NCBI GenBank assembly: GCA_045591355.1
Contig: JAZNSS010000029.1
Location: 51,739-115,738 of the forward strand
Length of the DNA stretch: 64,000 bases
Reading direction: 5' to 3'
Source: Christensenellaceae bacterium
Lineage (GTDB): Bacteria > Bacillota > Clostridia > Christensenellales > Borkfalkiaceae
Below are positions 9,436 through 18,052 of the stretch, in pieces. The translations under genes were made by a program, and so were the position numbers. The notes below the pieces were generated by a model, which had not been told where the DNA came from, ran no database searches, and saw nothing but the letters and a program-made list of their open reading frames with translations. How positions within the stretch are numbered: position 1 is the stretch's first letter; every line of letters starts with the position of its first letter.

Positions 9436-9759
9436 AAAAGTTTCCTTTTGTAAAATTCACGAAAATTTTATTATAAATTACACAAAAAGTCAATAATAAC
9501 CTTGCATAAAAACAAGGGTGTGTGGTAAAATAAATTTAAGCCTTCGTTGCTCGATAGGAATTGTTAAAAAAATCCACAATTTATATTAAAGAAGCCTAGG
9601 TAATTATTGTGGAGCGGTGCTCTTGACCATGCGTATTCCTTGGTCACAAGTAAAAGAGATGCAGAAGCAATAAGCCGGGAATTCGCCTGTTAACAAAACG
9701 GGTTATTCTTTGCTTTTCCGTCGGCTATCGCAGGTTTTTTTGAAAAATTATCCCAATCA

Positions 9760-9789
9760 TTTGCAAAACACGATTATTTGTGCTAAAAT
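9760..9789 (+). promoter_or_regulatory. putative promoter for the tRNA gene (TTGCAA - 18 nt - TGcTAAAAT, extended -10)
   Basis: TTGCAA at 9760-9765 and TAAAAT at 9784-9789, preceded by TG. Confidence 0.5.
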
Positions 9790-9809
9790 GATTGGGATTT
9801 TTAGTATAC

Positions 9810-9884
9810 GGCCTCATGGTCAAGCGGTTAAGACGCAGCCCTCTCAAGGCTGAATCCGGAGTTCGAGTCTCCGTGGGGCTACCA
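9810..9884 (+). tRNA. tRNA-Glu (anticodon CTC), including encoded CCA
   Basis: Cloverleaf folded by hand. Acceptor GGCCTCA / TGGGGCT (two G-U wobble pairs). D-arm GGTCAAGCGGTTAAGAC is typical of Firmicutes tRNA-Glu. Anticodon stem CAGCC/GGCTG with loop CTCTCAA. T-arm CGGAG-TTCGAGT-CTCCG. Discriminator A followed by CCA. Confidence 0.8.
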
Positions 9885-9890
9885 AACAGA

Positions 9891-9918
9891 AAAGACAGGT
9901 ATAAAGCCTGTCTTTTTT
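9891..9918 (+). terminator. rho-independent terminator after the tRNA
   Basis: Hairpin GACAGG-TATAAAG-CCTGTC followed by TTTTTT. Confidence 0.7.
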
Positions 9919-10035
9919 GTTTGCCACACGTAGACCGAACGTAGTTCGTTCGCCTTTGACGGGCAATCTTGACGGGCATAGTTTTGCCAGAGTTCCCTAT
10001 TTATAGGGTGTGGCAAATTCCCGTTGGGGCTACCA
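9919..10035. repeat. mini-element bounded by a perfect 10-bp inverted repeat (TTTGCCACAC ... GTGTGGCAAA), followed by a duplicate of the tRNA-Glu 3' end
   Basis: Left arm at 9920-9929, right arm at 10008-10017, 78 bp apart. Internal palindromes CGAACGtagtTCGTTCG and CCCTATttATAGGG. The sequence CCGTTGGGGCTACCA at 10021-10035 matches the tRNA 3' end CCGTGGGGCTACCA (9871-9884) except for one inserted T. Confidence 0.4.
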
Positions 10036-10045
10036 AAAAAACACA

Positions 10046-10067
10046 AAACTTCCGATATCGGAAGTTT
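10046..10067. promoter_or_regulatory. perfect 22-bp palindrome AAACTTCCGATATCGGAAGTTT (candidate operator or hairpin)
   Basis: Read directly from the sequence. Lies ~180 bp upstream of the membrane-anchored XRE gene and is not followed by a U-tract. Confidence 0.35.
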
Positions 10068-10248
10068 ACACGTCATAATAGGTTGACAAATTTCCAATAA
10101 CGGAATAAATTAAATATTGAGCATACAGAAATATAAATGAATGACTTAAAAAGAAAACCATTTATTGGTTTTTATCGTCTTACTAAACCAATAGTAGGTG
10201 TTCTTTCTCTAAAATATGAGTTATAATATATGTAAAAGGAGGTCGCCT

Positions 10249-10857
10249 ATGGATCAAATCAGAATAGGAAAATTTATTGCCGACTGTAGAAAAGAAATAA
10301 ATTTAACGCAAATGCAGTTAGCAGAAAAACTAGGCATCACGGATAAAGCAATTTCAAAATGGGAAAGAGGCATAGCATTGCCCGATACTTCGATTATGCT
10401 TGAGTTATGTGATATTCTCGGCATCAATGTAAATGAATTATTAACCGGAGAAAAAATCAGCAAAGACAACAATAATCAAAAAAACGAAAAACTTTTGCTT
10501 GAAATGACAAAAGAATTGGAAACTAAAAGCAAAATAATCTGGTCTTCTATGTGGGTAATAATGCTAGTAAGCATTACGGCACTAATCGCTGGTCTTTTTA
10601 TCGCTGGGTTCTTGATACCTGAAGGAGTATGGCAACTTGTTGCTATTATCGGTCTTTGCATTCTATTTTTGATACCGTGTTTTTATGCGTTAAAACTTGA
10701 AGTCAGCGTAGGCACTTACAAGTGTAGAAATTGTGGTCATGAGTTCGTGCCTACATATAAACAGGTGCTTAATGCAATGCACATGGGCACAACTAGATAC
10801 TTGAAATGTCCAGAATGTAGCAAACGGACTTGGTGCAAAAAAGTGGTAAAAAAGTAA
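10249..10857 (+). CDS. membrane-anchored XRE-family regulator: N-terminal HTH, two TM helices, C-terminal CxxC...CxxC zinc ribbon
   Basis: HTH_XRE region (INLTQMQLAEKLGITDKAISKWERG), two hydrophobic helices (IIWSSMWVIMLVSITALIAGLFIAGFLIP and VWQLVAIIGLCILFLIPCFYAL), then CRNCGHEF...CPECSKRTWC. The start is taken at the ATG at 10249, which has an AGGAGG RBS; the ORF-track start at 10216 translates through the RBS itself. Confidence 0.7.
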   Translation: MDQIRIGKFIADCRKEINLTQMQLAEKLGITDKAISKWERGIALPDTSIMLELCDILGINVNELLTGEKISKDNNNQKNEKLLLEMTKELETKSKIIWSSMWVIMLVSITALIAGLFIAGFLIPEGVWQLVAIIGLCILFLIPCFYALKLEVSVGTYKCRNCGHEFVPTYKQVLNAMHMGTTRYLKCPECSKRTWCKKVVKK

Positions 10858-10892
10858 AAAATATCCATCGGTAACCGATGGATAATTTTATT
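10855..10892. terminator. bidirectional terminator between the XRE-Zn gene and engB
   Basis: Stem ATCCATCG / CGATGGAT with loop GTAAC, A-run before it and T-run after it. Confidence 0.6.
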
Positions 10893-10898
10893 TATGGT

Positions 10899-11510
10899 TT
10901 ATTCTTCGTCTAATTCTTCGCAAGAATTTTCTTTAAGGCTAATTGCCTTTTCTATAAGGGTTAAAAGGTCTTGCTTGCCTGCGCCGTTTTGAGCAGAAGT
11001 TGCAGTAACGTCGCCAATACCCACACGTAGACTTGCAGAAATTTCTTGCAAGCGTGGTTTTATCTTTGTTTTAGGCAGTTTATCTGACTTTGTTGCCACC
11101 AAAACGAACGGAATATTATAATGATAAAGATAATTTATCATCATTTTATCGTCGGCAGTTGGTTCGTGGCGAATATCCACCAAAGAAATTAAAAGTTTTA
11201 TTTTTTGCGTTTGCAAAAAGTCTTCAAGGAGCGCCCCCCACTTTTTCTTTTCTTCTTTGCTAACCTTTGCATAGCCGTATCCTGGAAGGTCGGCAAGCAC
11301 GAAACTGCCAAAATCAAAGTAGTTAATAAGGCGTGTTCTACCGGGGGTAACCGAAGTTTTTGCCAATTTTTTTTGGTTGGCAAGCATATTAATTAGTGAA
11401 CTTTTGCCCACGTTAGACTTGCCTGCCACGGCAATTATCGGTTTATCCGTTTTATAATAGTTTTTACTGTTTGCAACGCTAGTAATAAAAGTTGCGTTAT
11501 TTATCTTCAT
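10899..11510 (-). CDS. engB: ribosome biogenesis GTPase EngB/YsxC
   Basis: G1 motif GKSNVGKSSLIN, 203 aa, conserved position downstream of lon. Confidence 0.85.
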   Translation of the reverse strand: MKINNATFITSVANSKNYYKTDKPIIAVAGKSNVGKSSLINMLANQKKLAKTSVTPGRTRLINYFDFGSFVLADLPGYGYAKVSKEEKKKWGALLEDFLQTQKIKLLISLVDIRHEPTADDKMMINYLYHYNIPFVLVATKSDKLPKTKIKPRLQEISASLRVGIGDVTATSAQNGAGKQDLLTLIEKAISLKENSCEELDEE

Positions 11511-11518
11511 AGTTATCC

Positions 11519-13849
11519 TTAAAAGTTTATTGCATTTTCAAACACTTGTTTTATGTTATCCACTTCAATAAACTTAATATCTTTTTTAACGTCTTCGGGT
11601 ATTTCACTTAAATCCTTTAGGTTTGCCTTCGGAATAATAACCGTTTTAATGCCTTGCCTATATGCTGCAAGGGCTTTTTCTTTTAACCCACCAATAGCAA
11701 GAACTTTACCACGCAAGGTAATTTCCCCCGTCATTGCAACGCTCTTTTTAACGCTTTTGCCAATGAATGCAGAAAGTATAGCCGTTGCCATAGTGATACC
11801 TGCGCTTGGTCCGTCTTTACGGGTTGCGCCTTCGGGAACGTGAATGTGAATATCTGTGTTTTCAAACCTTGAATCGTCTATTCCAAAGTTTTCTGCGTTT
11901 GCACGAATATAACTTATTGCTGCTCTAGCAGATTCTTTCATAACGTCGCCAAGTTTACCCGTAAGCAAAATTTCGCCCTTGCCACGCATTAAACTTACTT
12001 CGATAGTGAGCGTTACCCCACCGACGCTAGTCCAAGCAAGCCCCGTGCAAGCGCCTACTTCGTCTTGTTCTAAAACTGTATCTTTAAGGTGTTTTTTAAC
12101 GCCTAGATAGTTAAACACGTCGTCTTTTTTAACGGTAGTCTTTCTAGCAGAAGGGTTTTCGGCAACCTTGGTTGCAATTTTACGAATTACGCTTCCTATT
12201 TCACGCTCTAGGTTTCTAACGCCTGCTTCCATAGTGTAGCATTCGATAATCTCCTTAATAGCGTCGTCGGTAATTTGCGCTTTGCCTTTGGTTAAACCGT
12301 TTTGCTTTAACTGTTTTGGTATTAAATATTGTTTTGCAATTTGAAGTTTTTCTTCCCCAGTATACCCCGTGAGTTCAATAACTTCCATTCTGTCAAGAAG
12401 TGGATACGGAATGGTATCTAGTGAGTTTGCCGTAGTTATAAACATAACTTTGGATAGGTCGAAAGGAACTTCTAGATATCTATCCCTAAAGGTTGCGTTT
12501 TGTTCTGGGTCTAAAACTTCAAGTAAAGCGCTTGCTGGGTCGCCGTGAATATCCGAAGATAGTTTATCGATTTCGTCAAGCAAGAATACGGGGTTGTTGC
12601 TTCCTGCCGTTTTAAGCCCGTTTATAATTCTACCCGGCATTGCTCCAACGTAGGTTTTTCTATGCCCACGAATTTCTGCTTCGTCCTTTACCCCACCAAG
12701 GCTCATTCTTATAAACTTTCTATTAAGCGCGCGCGCAATAGAAGTTGCAACCGAAGTTTTACCAACCCCCGGAGGGCCAACGAAACACAAGATTGGTCCT
12801 TTTATCTGTTTGGTTAAATGCAATACTGCAAGGTATTCAACTATTCTTTGTTTAACCTTTTCCAAACCAAAGTGGTCGGAATCTAAAACTTGTTTTGCCT
12901 TCGCTAGGTCTTCGTTATCTTTAGTGCTTACCGTAAAAGGCAATTCCTTTATCCAATCAAGATAGTTAAGAATTATAGAGTAATCGGGAGAAGACGGATT
13001 GATTTTATCAAGCCTAGCAATCTCTTTCATCATTTTATCTTCAATATCTTTAGGAAGATTTTTTTCTTTTATTTGTTTGGTAAGTTCTTCACGTTCGTCA
13101 GCGCTATCGCCAAGTTCTTCGTGAATAGCCTTTAGTTGTTCTCTTAAATAAAATTCCTTTTGGCTTTTATCAATGCTTTCACGCACCTTTGTAGAAATCT
13201 TCTTTTCTATTTTTGCAATGTCTAATTCCTTTTTGAAAAGTTCTTCAAAAAGGGCAAGTCTTTTTAAGGTATAGTCTTCTTCTAGCACCTTATAAACGTC
13301 CATTTCCTTAAAGTTAACGATAGATAGGGCGTTATCGATAAAAATATCAGGCTTATCCACTTCGGAAATAGAAGTAATCATTTCTTTGGTAATACGTTTA
13401 TCGTATAGCGAATACTCCAAAAAGGCGTTTTTTGCCACTCTAAAATACGCTTCTAATTCCGTTTCAGAAGCCGTTTCAATATAAGGCGATTCCTTAATTT
13501 CTGCTAAGAAGAAGTTTTGGGTTTGCTTAAAAGAAACGATTTTACCACGGCAAATGGCTTCGGCGTTGACCTTCATATTACCACTTGGAACTTTTATAAC
13601 TTGTTTAATTTTAGCAATAACACCCACCGTGCAAATATCCTTTTGCTTGGGCGCGTCAATAAAAGCGTTCTTTTGCGCTGAAATAAATACTAGCGACCCC
13701 GTTTGCGACGCCGATTGAATGGCTTGCACGCTCATAGGTCTGCCTACGTCAAAATTTAAAAAGTTTTTTGGGAATAATACTCTACCCCTTAACGCAATTA
13801 GGGGCAATACTAAGTTTTCTTTTAAAGTCTCTACTTTGTTCTCTTCCAT
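11519..13849 (-). CDS. lon: ATP-dependent Lon protease
   Basis: LON N-terminal domain, AAA+ Walker A GPPGVGKTS, S16 catalytic region DGPSAGITMATAILS; 776 aa. Confidence 0.95.
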   Translation of the reverse strand: MEENKVETLKENLVLPLIALRGRVLFPKNFLNFDVGRPMSVQAIQSASQTGSLVFISAQKNAFIDAPKQKDICTVGVIAKIKQVIKVPSGNMKVNAEAICRGKIVSFKQTQNFFLAEIKESPYIETASETELEAYFRVAKNAFLEYSLYDKRITKEMITSISEVDKPDIFIDNALSIVNFKEMDVYKVLEEDYTLKRLALFEELFKKELDIAKIEKKISTKVRESIDKSQKEFYLREQLKAIHEELGDSADEREELTKQIKEKNLPKDIEDKMMKEIARLDKINPSSPDYSIILNYLDWIKELPFTVSTKDNEDLAKAKQVLDSDHFGLEKVKQRIVEYLAVLHLTKQIKGPILCFVGPPGVGKTSVATSIARALNRKFIRMSLGGVKDEAEIRGHRKTYVGAMPGRIINGLKTAGSNNPVFLLDEIDKLSSDIHGDPASALLEVLDPEQNATFRDRYLEVPFDLSKVMFITTANSLDTIPYPLLDRMEVIELTGYTGEEKLQIAKQYLIPKQLKQNGLTKGKAQITDDAIKEIIECYTMEAGVRNLEREIGSVIRKIATKVAENPSARKTTVKKDDVFNYLGVKKHLKDTVLEQDEVGACTGLAWTSVGGVTLTIEVSLMRGKGEILLTGKLGDVMKESARAAISYIRANAENFGIDDSRFENTDIHIHVPEGATRKDGPSAGITMATAILSAFIGKSVKKSVAMTGEITLRGKVLAIGGLKEKALAAYRQGIKTVIIPKANLKDLSEIPEDVKKDIKFIEVDNIKQVFENAINF

Positions 13850-13899
13850 TTTTTACCTTCGTATATTATTATTTGAATTATTTTATCTTATATTTGCGT

Positions 13900-14709
13900 T
13901 TATATGCAATATTTTTCTAGCAAAAATTTTATAGGTTTTTGGTCGAATGGTGGCGCTATCTCTTTAGCAAGGGCTTTAAGTTCTTCTTTTCCGTCGCCAA
14001 CGGCAACGCCGTGCCACTCACCGTTAACAAGTGGAATATCGTTAGTGCTATCGCCAACTGCTATTATTCTATCCATCGGAATAGAGAAGTAATCTGCTAA
14101 AAACCTAACGGCGTTGCCCTTGTCAAACACAGGGTTTATGGCTTCTAAAAGCATAGAAGCACCACTATTAAAGGACAAATGCTTTCCACCGAATTTTTCG
14201 TTCATTTCCCTTTGCATTTTTAATATTAGTTTGGGCTCTCCAAGCCAACCTAGTTTGTTTGGGCTACCCTTTTTAAGTATCAATTCTTCAAGGTCTGCTT
14301 TGCCGTATTCTAATTCCACACGGCTTGCGTAAAACTCATATAAAGAAAAGTCTTTTTGGTTTTTATCCACGTAAAAAAGTTCTTTATAATACGCCATGGG
14401 TTGTAGTTCTTTTGGCATAATGCGTAGCGCTTCTAACGCATACTGCATTTCAAGACCGTGATTGTATAAAACCTTATCGGTTGAAAGATCCACGGCAAGC
14501 GCGCCTTGTAAACACACACAAAGCCCGTCAAGACCTTGCGCCGTCAATATCTTTTTTATTGAACGGTATTCTCTGCCAGAGCAAACTACGAACTTTCCAC
14601 CCCTTTTTTGGTATTCTTTAATTGAAGCCAAGGTTTCAGCGTCTATATCGTTGGCTGGCGCATTGCCTAAAGTTCCGTCGTAATCGCTTATAAATAAATC
14701 AAATTTCAC
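13900..14709 (-). CDS. Cof-type HAD-IIB family hydrolase
   Basis: DYDGTL motif I near the N-terminus and GDSTNDIPL motif IV near the C-terminus; 269 aa. Confidence 0.8.
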   Translation of the reverse strand: MKFDLFISDYDGTLGNAPANDIDAETLASIKEYQKRGGKFVVCSGREYRSIKKILTAQGLDGLCVCLQGALAVDLSTDKVLYNHGLEMQYALEALRIMPKELQPMAYYKELFYVDKNQKDFSLYEFYASRVELEYGKADLEELILKKGSPNKLGWLGEPKLILKMQREMNEKFGGKHLSFNSGASMLLEAINPVFDKGNAVRFLADYFSIPMDRIIAVGDSTNDIPLVNGEWHGVAVGDGKEELKALAKEIAPPFDQKPIKFLLEKYCI

Positions 14710-16532
14710 TATCTTAATCCTTCTTCAGTAAGTTTTTGTGCGATAAGTTCGGCTTGCTTTTCGCCAATGCCGTCCACTTGCATTAATTGTTCTTTGGTGG
14801 CAGAAGCAATTCCACTAACGTCTTTAAATCTATCTAGCAACGCCCTAATCTTTATCTTACCAAGCCCTTTTACACCGTCTAATACCGACGATAGCGCCCT
14901 TTTACCACGTAAAGAACGATGATAGGTTATGGCAAACCTATGCGCTTCGTCACGAATACGTTGCAATAGTTTTAAACAGTATTCCCTTTTAGATAAAACC
15001 ACGGGTTCACGGCTAAAGAGTGTAAAAATTTCTTCTTCTCGTTCGGCTAGAGAAATCAAATCTATATCCGTAATATTAAACTCGTCAAAAACTTCTTTAA
15101 CGCTAGAGAGTTGCCCCTTTCCACCGTCTATAATTATAAGGTCGGGCTTGGGGAATTTTTGCGCGTCGGAAGTCAATCGTTCTAATCTACGGCGCATCAT
15201 TTCTTGATGAGATTTGAAATCGTCTGCCCCTTCCACCGTTTTAATCTTAAACCTACGGTAACTGTCCTTATCCGGTTCGCCGTTTACAAAGACCACCATA
15301 CTACCAACCTTATCCACGCCACTAATATTAGAAATATCGTAACATTCCATTCTTTGTGGAAAGTTTTTAAGCCCCAACTTTTCTTGCAAGGACTTGCAAG
15401 CAGAAATTGTCATATCGTCTTTATGCTTGATTTTATCTATATTAGTTTCAAGATGTTCTAAAGCGTTAACCCCTGCCATATCGGCAAGTTGACGTCTTAC
15501 ACCCTGCTTTGCGTGGGTAAAGATAGGGGATTTATTAAAGTTGGACTTAAAATATTCGGTTATAAGGTCAGAAGAAAGAATTTGCTCTGCCGAAATAATC
15601 TCGTCTGGAATTTCCACGTTTTGGGTGTAATATCTTAAAACGAATTCGTTTAGCGCTTCCCCACCGTCTAGCGCGCCACTTTCAAAAGCGAAGTTCTTGC
15701 CACCGACCATTCTGCCGTTACGTATAATCAATAGATTGATTGCTGAATAAATGCCGTTAGAAGCGTATGCAACGACGTCTGCATTAATAAACTTATTAAG
15801 CGCCGTTATTCGCTTATGGGTGAGTTTATCCAAACTATTAAGCGTTTCTTTATACTTTAGCGCAAGTTCAAATTCTTCGTTTAGGCTTGCGCTATTCATT
15901 TTGTCTTTTAGAAGGTTTTGCGCCCTTTCCACGTCGCCCGACAAAAAGGCAACGGCGTCTAAAACCATTTGGTTATATTCTTGTTTAGAAATAAAGTTAG
16001 CGCAAGGCGCTAAGCATTTTTTTATGTGATAGTTAAGGCAAGGTTTTATAGGCTTTTGTGGATTTAAAACCTTATCGCAAGGTCTAACACCAAAGGCAAG
16101 GTTTAAGGTTTCTAAAATAGAGTTTACGTTTATTCCACCCATAAAAGGCCCGAAATACTTTGCCCCGTCCTTTTTGATTTTTCTGGTAACGGTAAAAGTG
16201 GGATAGTCCTTTTTTAAATCTATCCTAATATACGGGTAGGTTTTATCGTCTTTTAGAAGAATGTTATATCTTGGCTTATGCTTTTTTATTAGATTATTTT
16301 CTAGCGATAGCGCATCTATTTCGGTTGGAACTATTATGTAATAAAAGTCAACGATATTGCTAACCATTGCCATTACTTTTTGCGTTTTAACCGAATTAAA
16401 AAAGTATTGCCTAACCCTATTTTTTAAGTTTTTGGCTTTGCCAACGTAAATTATAACCCCGTCTTTATCAAGCATAACGTAAACGCCGGGGGATTCTGGC
16501 AAGTGCTTTAATTTTTCGCTTAAATTTTCCAC
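14709..16532 (-). CDS. uvrC: excinuclease ABC subunit C
   Basis: GIY-YIG N-terminus (PGVYVMLDKDGVIIYVGKAKNLKNRVRQYF), UvrBC and RNase H-like regions, C-terminal HhH; 607 aa. Confidence 0.95.
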   Translation of the reverse strand: MENLSEKLKHLPESPGVYVMLDKDGVIIYVGKAKNLKNRVRQYFFNSVKTQKVMAMVSNIVDFYYIIVPTEIDALSLENNLIKKHKPRYNILLKDDKTYPYIRIDLKKDYPTFTVTRKIKKDGAKYFGPFMGGINVNSILETLNLAFGVRPCDKVLNPQKPIKPCLNYHIKKCLAPCANFISKQEYNQMVLDAVAFLSGDVERAQNLLKDKMNSASLNEEFELALKYKETLNSLDKLTHKRITALNKFINADVVAYASNGIYSAINLLIIRNGRMVGGKNFAFESGALDGGEALNEFVLRYYTQNVEIPDEIISAEQILSSDLITEYFKSNFNKSPIFTHAKQGVRRQLADMAGVNALEHLETNIDKIKHKDDMTISACKSLQEKLGLKNFPQRMECYDISNISGVDKVGSMVVFVNGEPDKDSYRRFKIKTVEGADDFKSHQEMMRRRLERLTSDAQKFPKPDLIIIDGGKGQLSSVKEVFDEFNITDIDLISLAEREEEIFTLFSREPVVLSKREYCLKLLQRIRDEAHRFAITYHRSLRGKRALSSVLDGVKGLGKIKIRALLDRFKDVSGIASATKEQLMQVDGIGEKQAELIAQKLTEEGLR

Positions 16533-16571
16533 TCTTACATTATAACCTATTTGTTTTGTAATTACAAGCAG

Positions 16572-16904
16572 TTAATACCCTAAAAATTCCACACCTTTAA
16601 GTAATACTTCGTTAAGAGTTTCGTTTCTTAAGGAATAGAAAACCACTTTGCCCTGTCTTTTGGTGGTTACTGCGTTAAGATTTTTAAGTAGACGAAGTTG
16701 ATGGGACACGGTAGTTTGATTAAGTTTAAGCAAATTAGACAAATCGCTTACGCACATTTCCGATATTGCAAGCGCAGATATCATTCTTAATCTAGTATAG
16801 TCGGAAAAAATCGAAAAGAAACAAACTAAATCGTCTAAAATTTCCCCTTCGGGGACAAAGTCTTTTATTAGCCCTTGAGTTTTTCTGTCAAGTAAAATTT
16901 CCAT
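16572..16904 (-). CDS. ArsR/SmtB-family transcriptional regulator
   Basis: Winged-HTH signature LNQTTVSHQLRLLKNLNAVTTKRQGKVVFYSL. The alpha3 region reads EMCVSDL, i.e. one Cys where metal-sensing ArsR proteins have CVC. Confidence 0.8.
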   Translation of the reverse strand: MEILLDRKTQGLIKDFVPEGEILDDLVCFFSIFSDYTRLRMISALAISEMCVSDLSNLLKLNQTTVSHQLRLLKNLNAVTTKRQGKVVFYSLRNETLNEVLLKGVEFLGY

Positions 16905-17020
16905 AGTAATTACCTCCTTTTAACGATTGCTCATATATATAATTTTACATGGTAATTTTTGAAAGACTTGACGCATATAATACAAAAATAGCGTATTTTG
17001 CCAATTAAAGGAGGTAGGTT

Positions 17021-17161
17021 ATGAATTCAAGCAACCTTGCGTTAATAGCTCTTTTGTTTTTACTTGTGAATAACAACACTATTTCTACCACTCAACTGCT
17101 TTTACTTTTAGCATTGTTATCCACAACTTTAGGGTGTTGTTGTAACAATTCTAACACTTGA
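17021..17161 (+). CDS. unannotated 46-aa hydrophobic peptide with a CCC triplet (MNSSNLALIALLFLLVNNNTISTTQLLLLLALLSTTLGCCCNNSNT)
   Basis: Strong RBS AAAGGAGG 6 nt before the ATG at 17021; stop TGA at 17159-17161; own terminator at 17181-17212. Divergent from arsR. Below the ORF-track size cut-off. Confidence 0.35.
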   Translation: MNSSNLALIALLFLLVNNNTISTTQLLLLLALLSTTLGCCCNNSNT

Positions 17162-17180
17162 TATACAATGGTAAAATACT

Positions 17181-17212
17181 AAAAAGACAGCCAAAAAAGG
17201 CTGTCTTTTTTT
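17181..17212. terminator. bidirectional terminator (GACAGCC-AAAAAA-GGCTGTC + T7) shared by the small peptide gene and the thioesterase gene
   Basis: Read directly; A-run 5' and T-run 3' of the stem. Confidence 0.7.
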
Positions 17213-17936
17213 ACATTAAAATACTTATAAATACCGTTTTGCCGTCTTTTTTGCCTTCTATGTAGTAGCCGTAGTCGGTTTTCTTTTTATAAACGTCTAT
17301 GCTATCGCCGTAAAAGGTTTGCGAAAGAAAATAAATTTCAAATTCGTCAAGTTTTATATTATCAAATTCTTCGGGAGCAAAAGTGTTAAGCGCCATTCTA
17401 ACGTATGCAATATTGTTGGTGTGTTGATTAGAGTCTATATCCACGAACAAGACCTTATGCGAATAACAAAAATCTTCCTTTTCCGTTTGCTCTTTCTTTT
17501 TGGAAAATTCTCCAGCGCCACTACCTTCTAGCCTATGTTGTAAATCAAAGGGGTAACAAATACTGTTCGTTCTGCGAATAGCGTTGGTTTGTATATCCAA
17601 AGTGCACCACTCGCTAGTTGCTACGGCGCAAACGCCTTTTTCGTTAGAAACGGTGTAATCACGATTAAAACGTAAGGTGGAAACGGTGGTCGGCCAGGTT
17701 TCAATTTCTATTTGGTCGTAAACGTGTGGCAAGGAGTTGATTTTAAGTTTATACTTACTAACAACCCAATATGCGTTACACTTTTTGGCAGTAGTGTCGC
17801 CGTCAATTCCCATTTCCTTAGAATGAAAAGCCGTTATTTTTTGAATTTCCGAAACCAAAGCGTCAAGACGCATTACGTTTTTATGGTCGATTTCAGAATA
17901 ATTTACGCTATGCTTTATTTTTAGAAAGTTATTCAT
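17211..17936 (-). CDS. acyl-ACP thioesterase (FatA/FatB-type double hotdog fold)
   Basis: ~240 aa from MNNFLKIKHSVNYSEIDH; two hotdog halves typical of PF01643 acyl-ACP thioesterases. Start chosen at 17936 because it has an AAGGGAGAG RBS; the ORF-track start at 17972 lies 12 codons upstream. Confidence 0.65.
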   Translation of the reverse strand: MNNFLKIKHSVNYSEIDHKNVMRLDALVSEIQKITAFHSKEMGIDGDTTAKKCNAYWVVSKYKLKINSLPHVYDQIEIETWPTTVSTLRFNRDYTVSNEKGVCAVATSEWCTLDIQTNAIRRTNSICYPFDLQHRLEGSGAGEFSKKKEQTEKEDFCYSHKVLFVDIDSNQHTNNIAYVRMALNTFAPEEFDNIKLDEFEIYFLSQTFYGDSIDVYKKKTDYGYYIEGKKDGKTVFISILM

Positions 17937-17989
17937 TTGCTCTCCCTTAATGCAGTTGACTAATTCTAGCATAAAAAACGCATATTGTA

Positions 17990-18033
17990 AAGAAAAAAAG
18001 CAAAAAAATTCCGTTACCCAAAGGATAACGGAA
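17990..18033 (-). terminator. terminator downstream of gap (minus strand)
   Basis: Stem TTCCGTTA / TAACGGAA with a 9-nt loop, followed on the minus strand by TTTTTTTGCTTTTTTT. Confidence 0.6.
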
Positions 18034-18052
18034 TTTAAGTTTTAAGTTAAAA

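Noticed and set aside
9960-10035. Whether the second CCGTTGGGGCTACCA copy belongs to a second complete tRNA gene.
   Set aside because: The upstream sequence has no T-arm (no GTTCGA / TTCRANY loop), no anticodon or D-arm pairing. Only the last ~15 nt of the tRNA are duplicated.
9725-10097. Minus-strand ORFs of 84 and 72 aa overlapping the tRNA-Glu gene and its terminator.
   Set aside because: They overlap a structural RNA gene, lack an RBS, and their translations are low-complexity. They are most likely spurious.
9885-10215. Looked for an integrase or other mobile-element genes associated with the tRNA 3'-end duplication.
   Set aside because: No recombinase ORF is present between or next to the repeats. 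Only the short IR-bounded element exists, so it is reported as a scar or mini-element rather than an integrated island.
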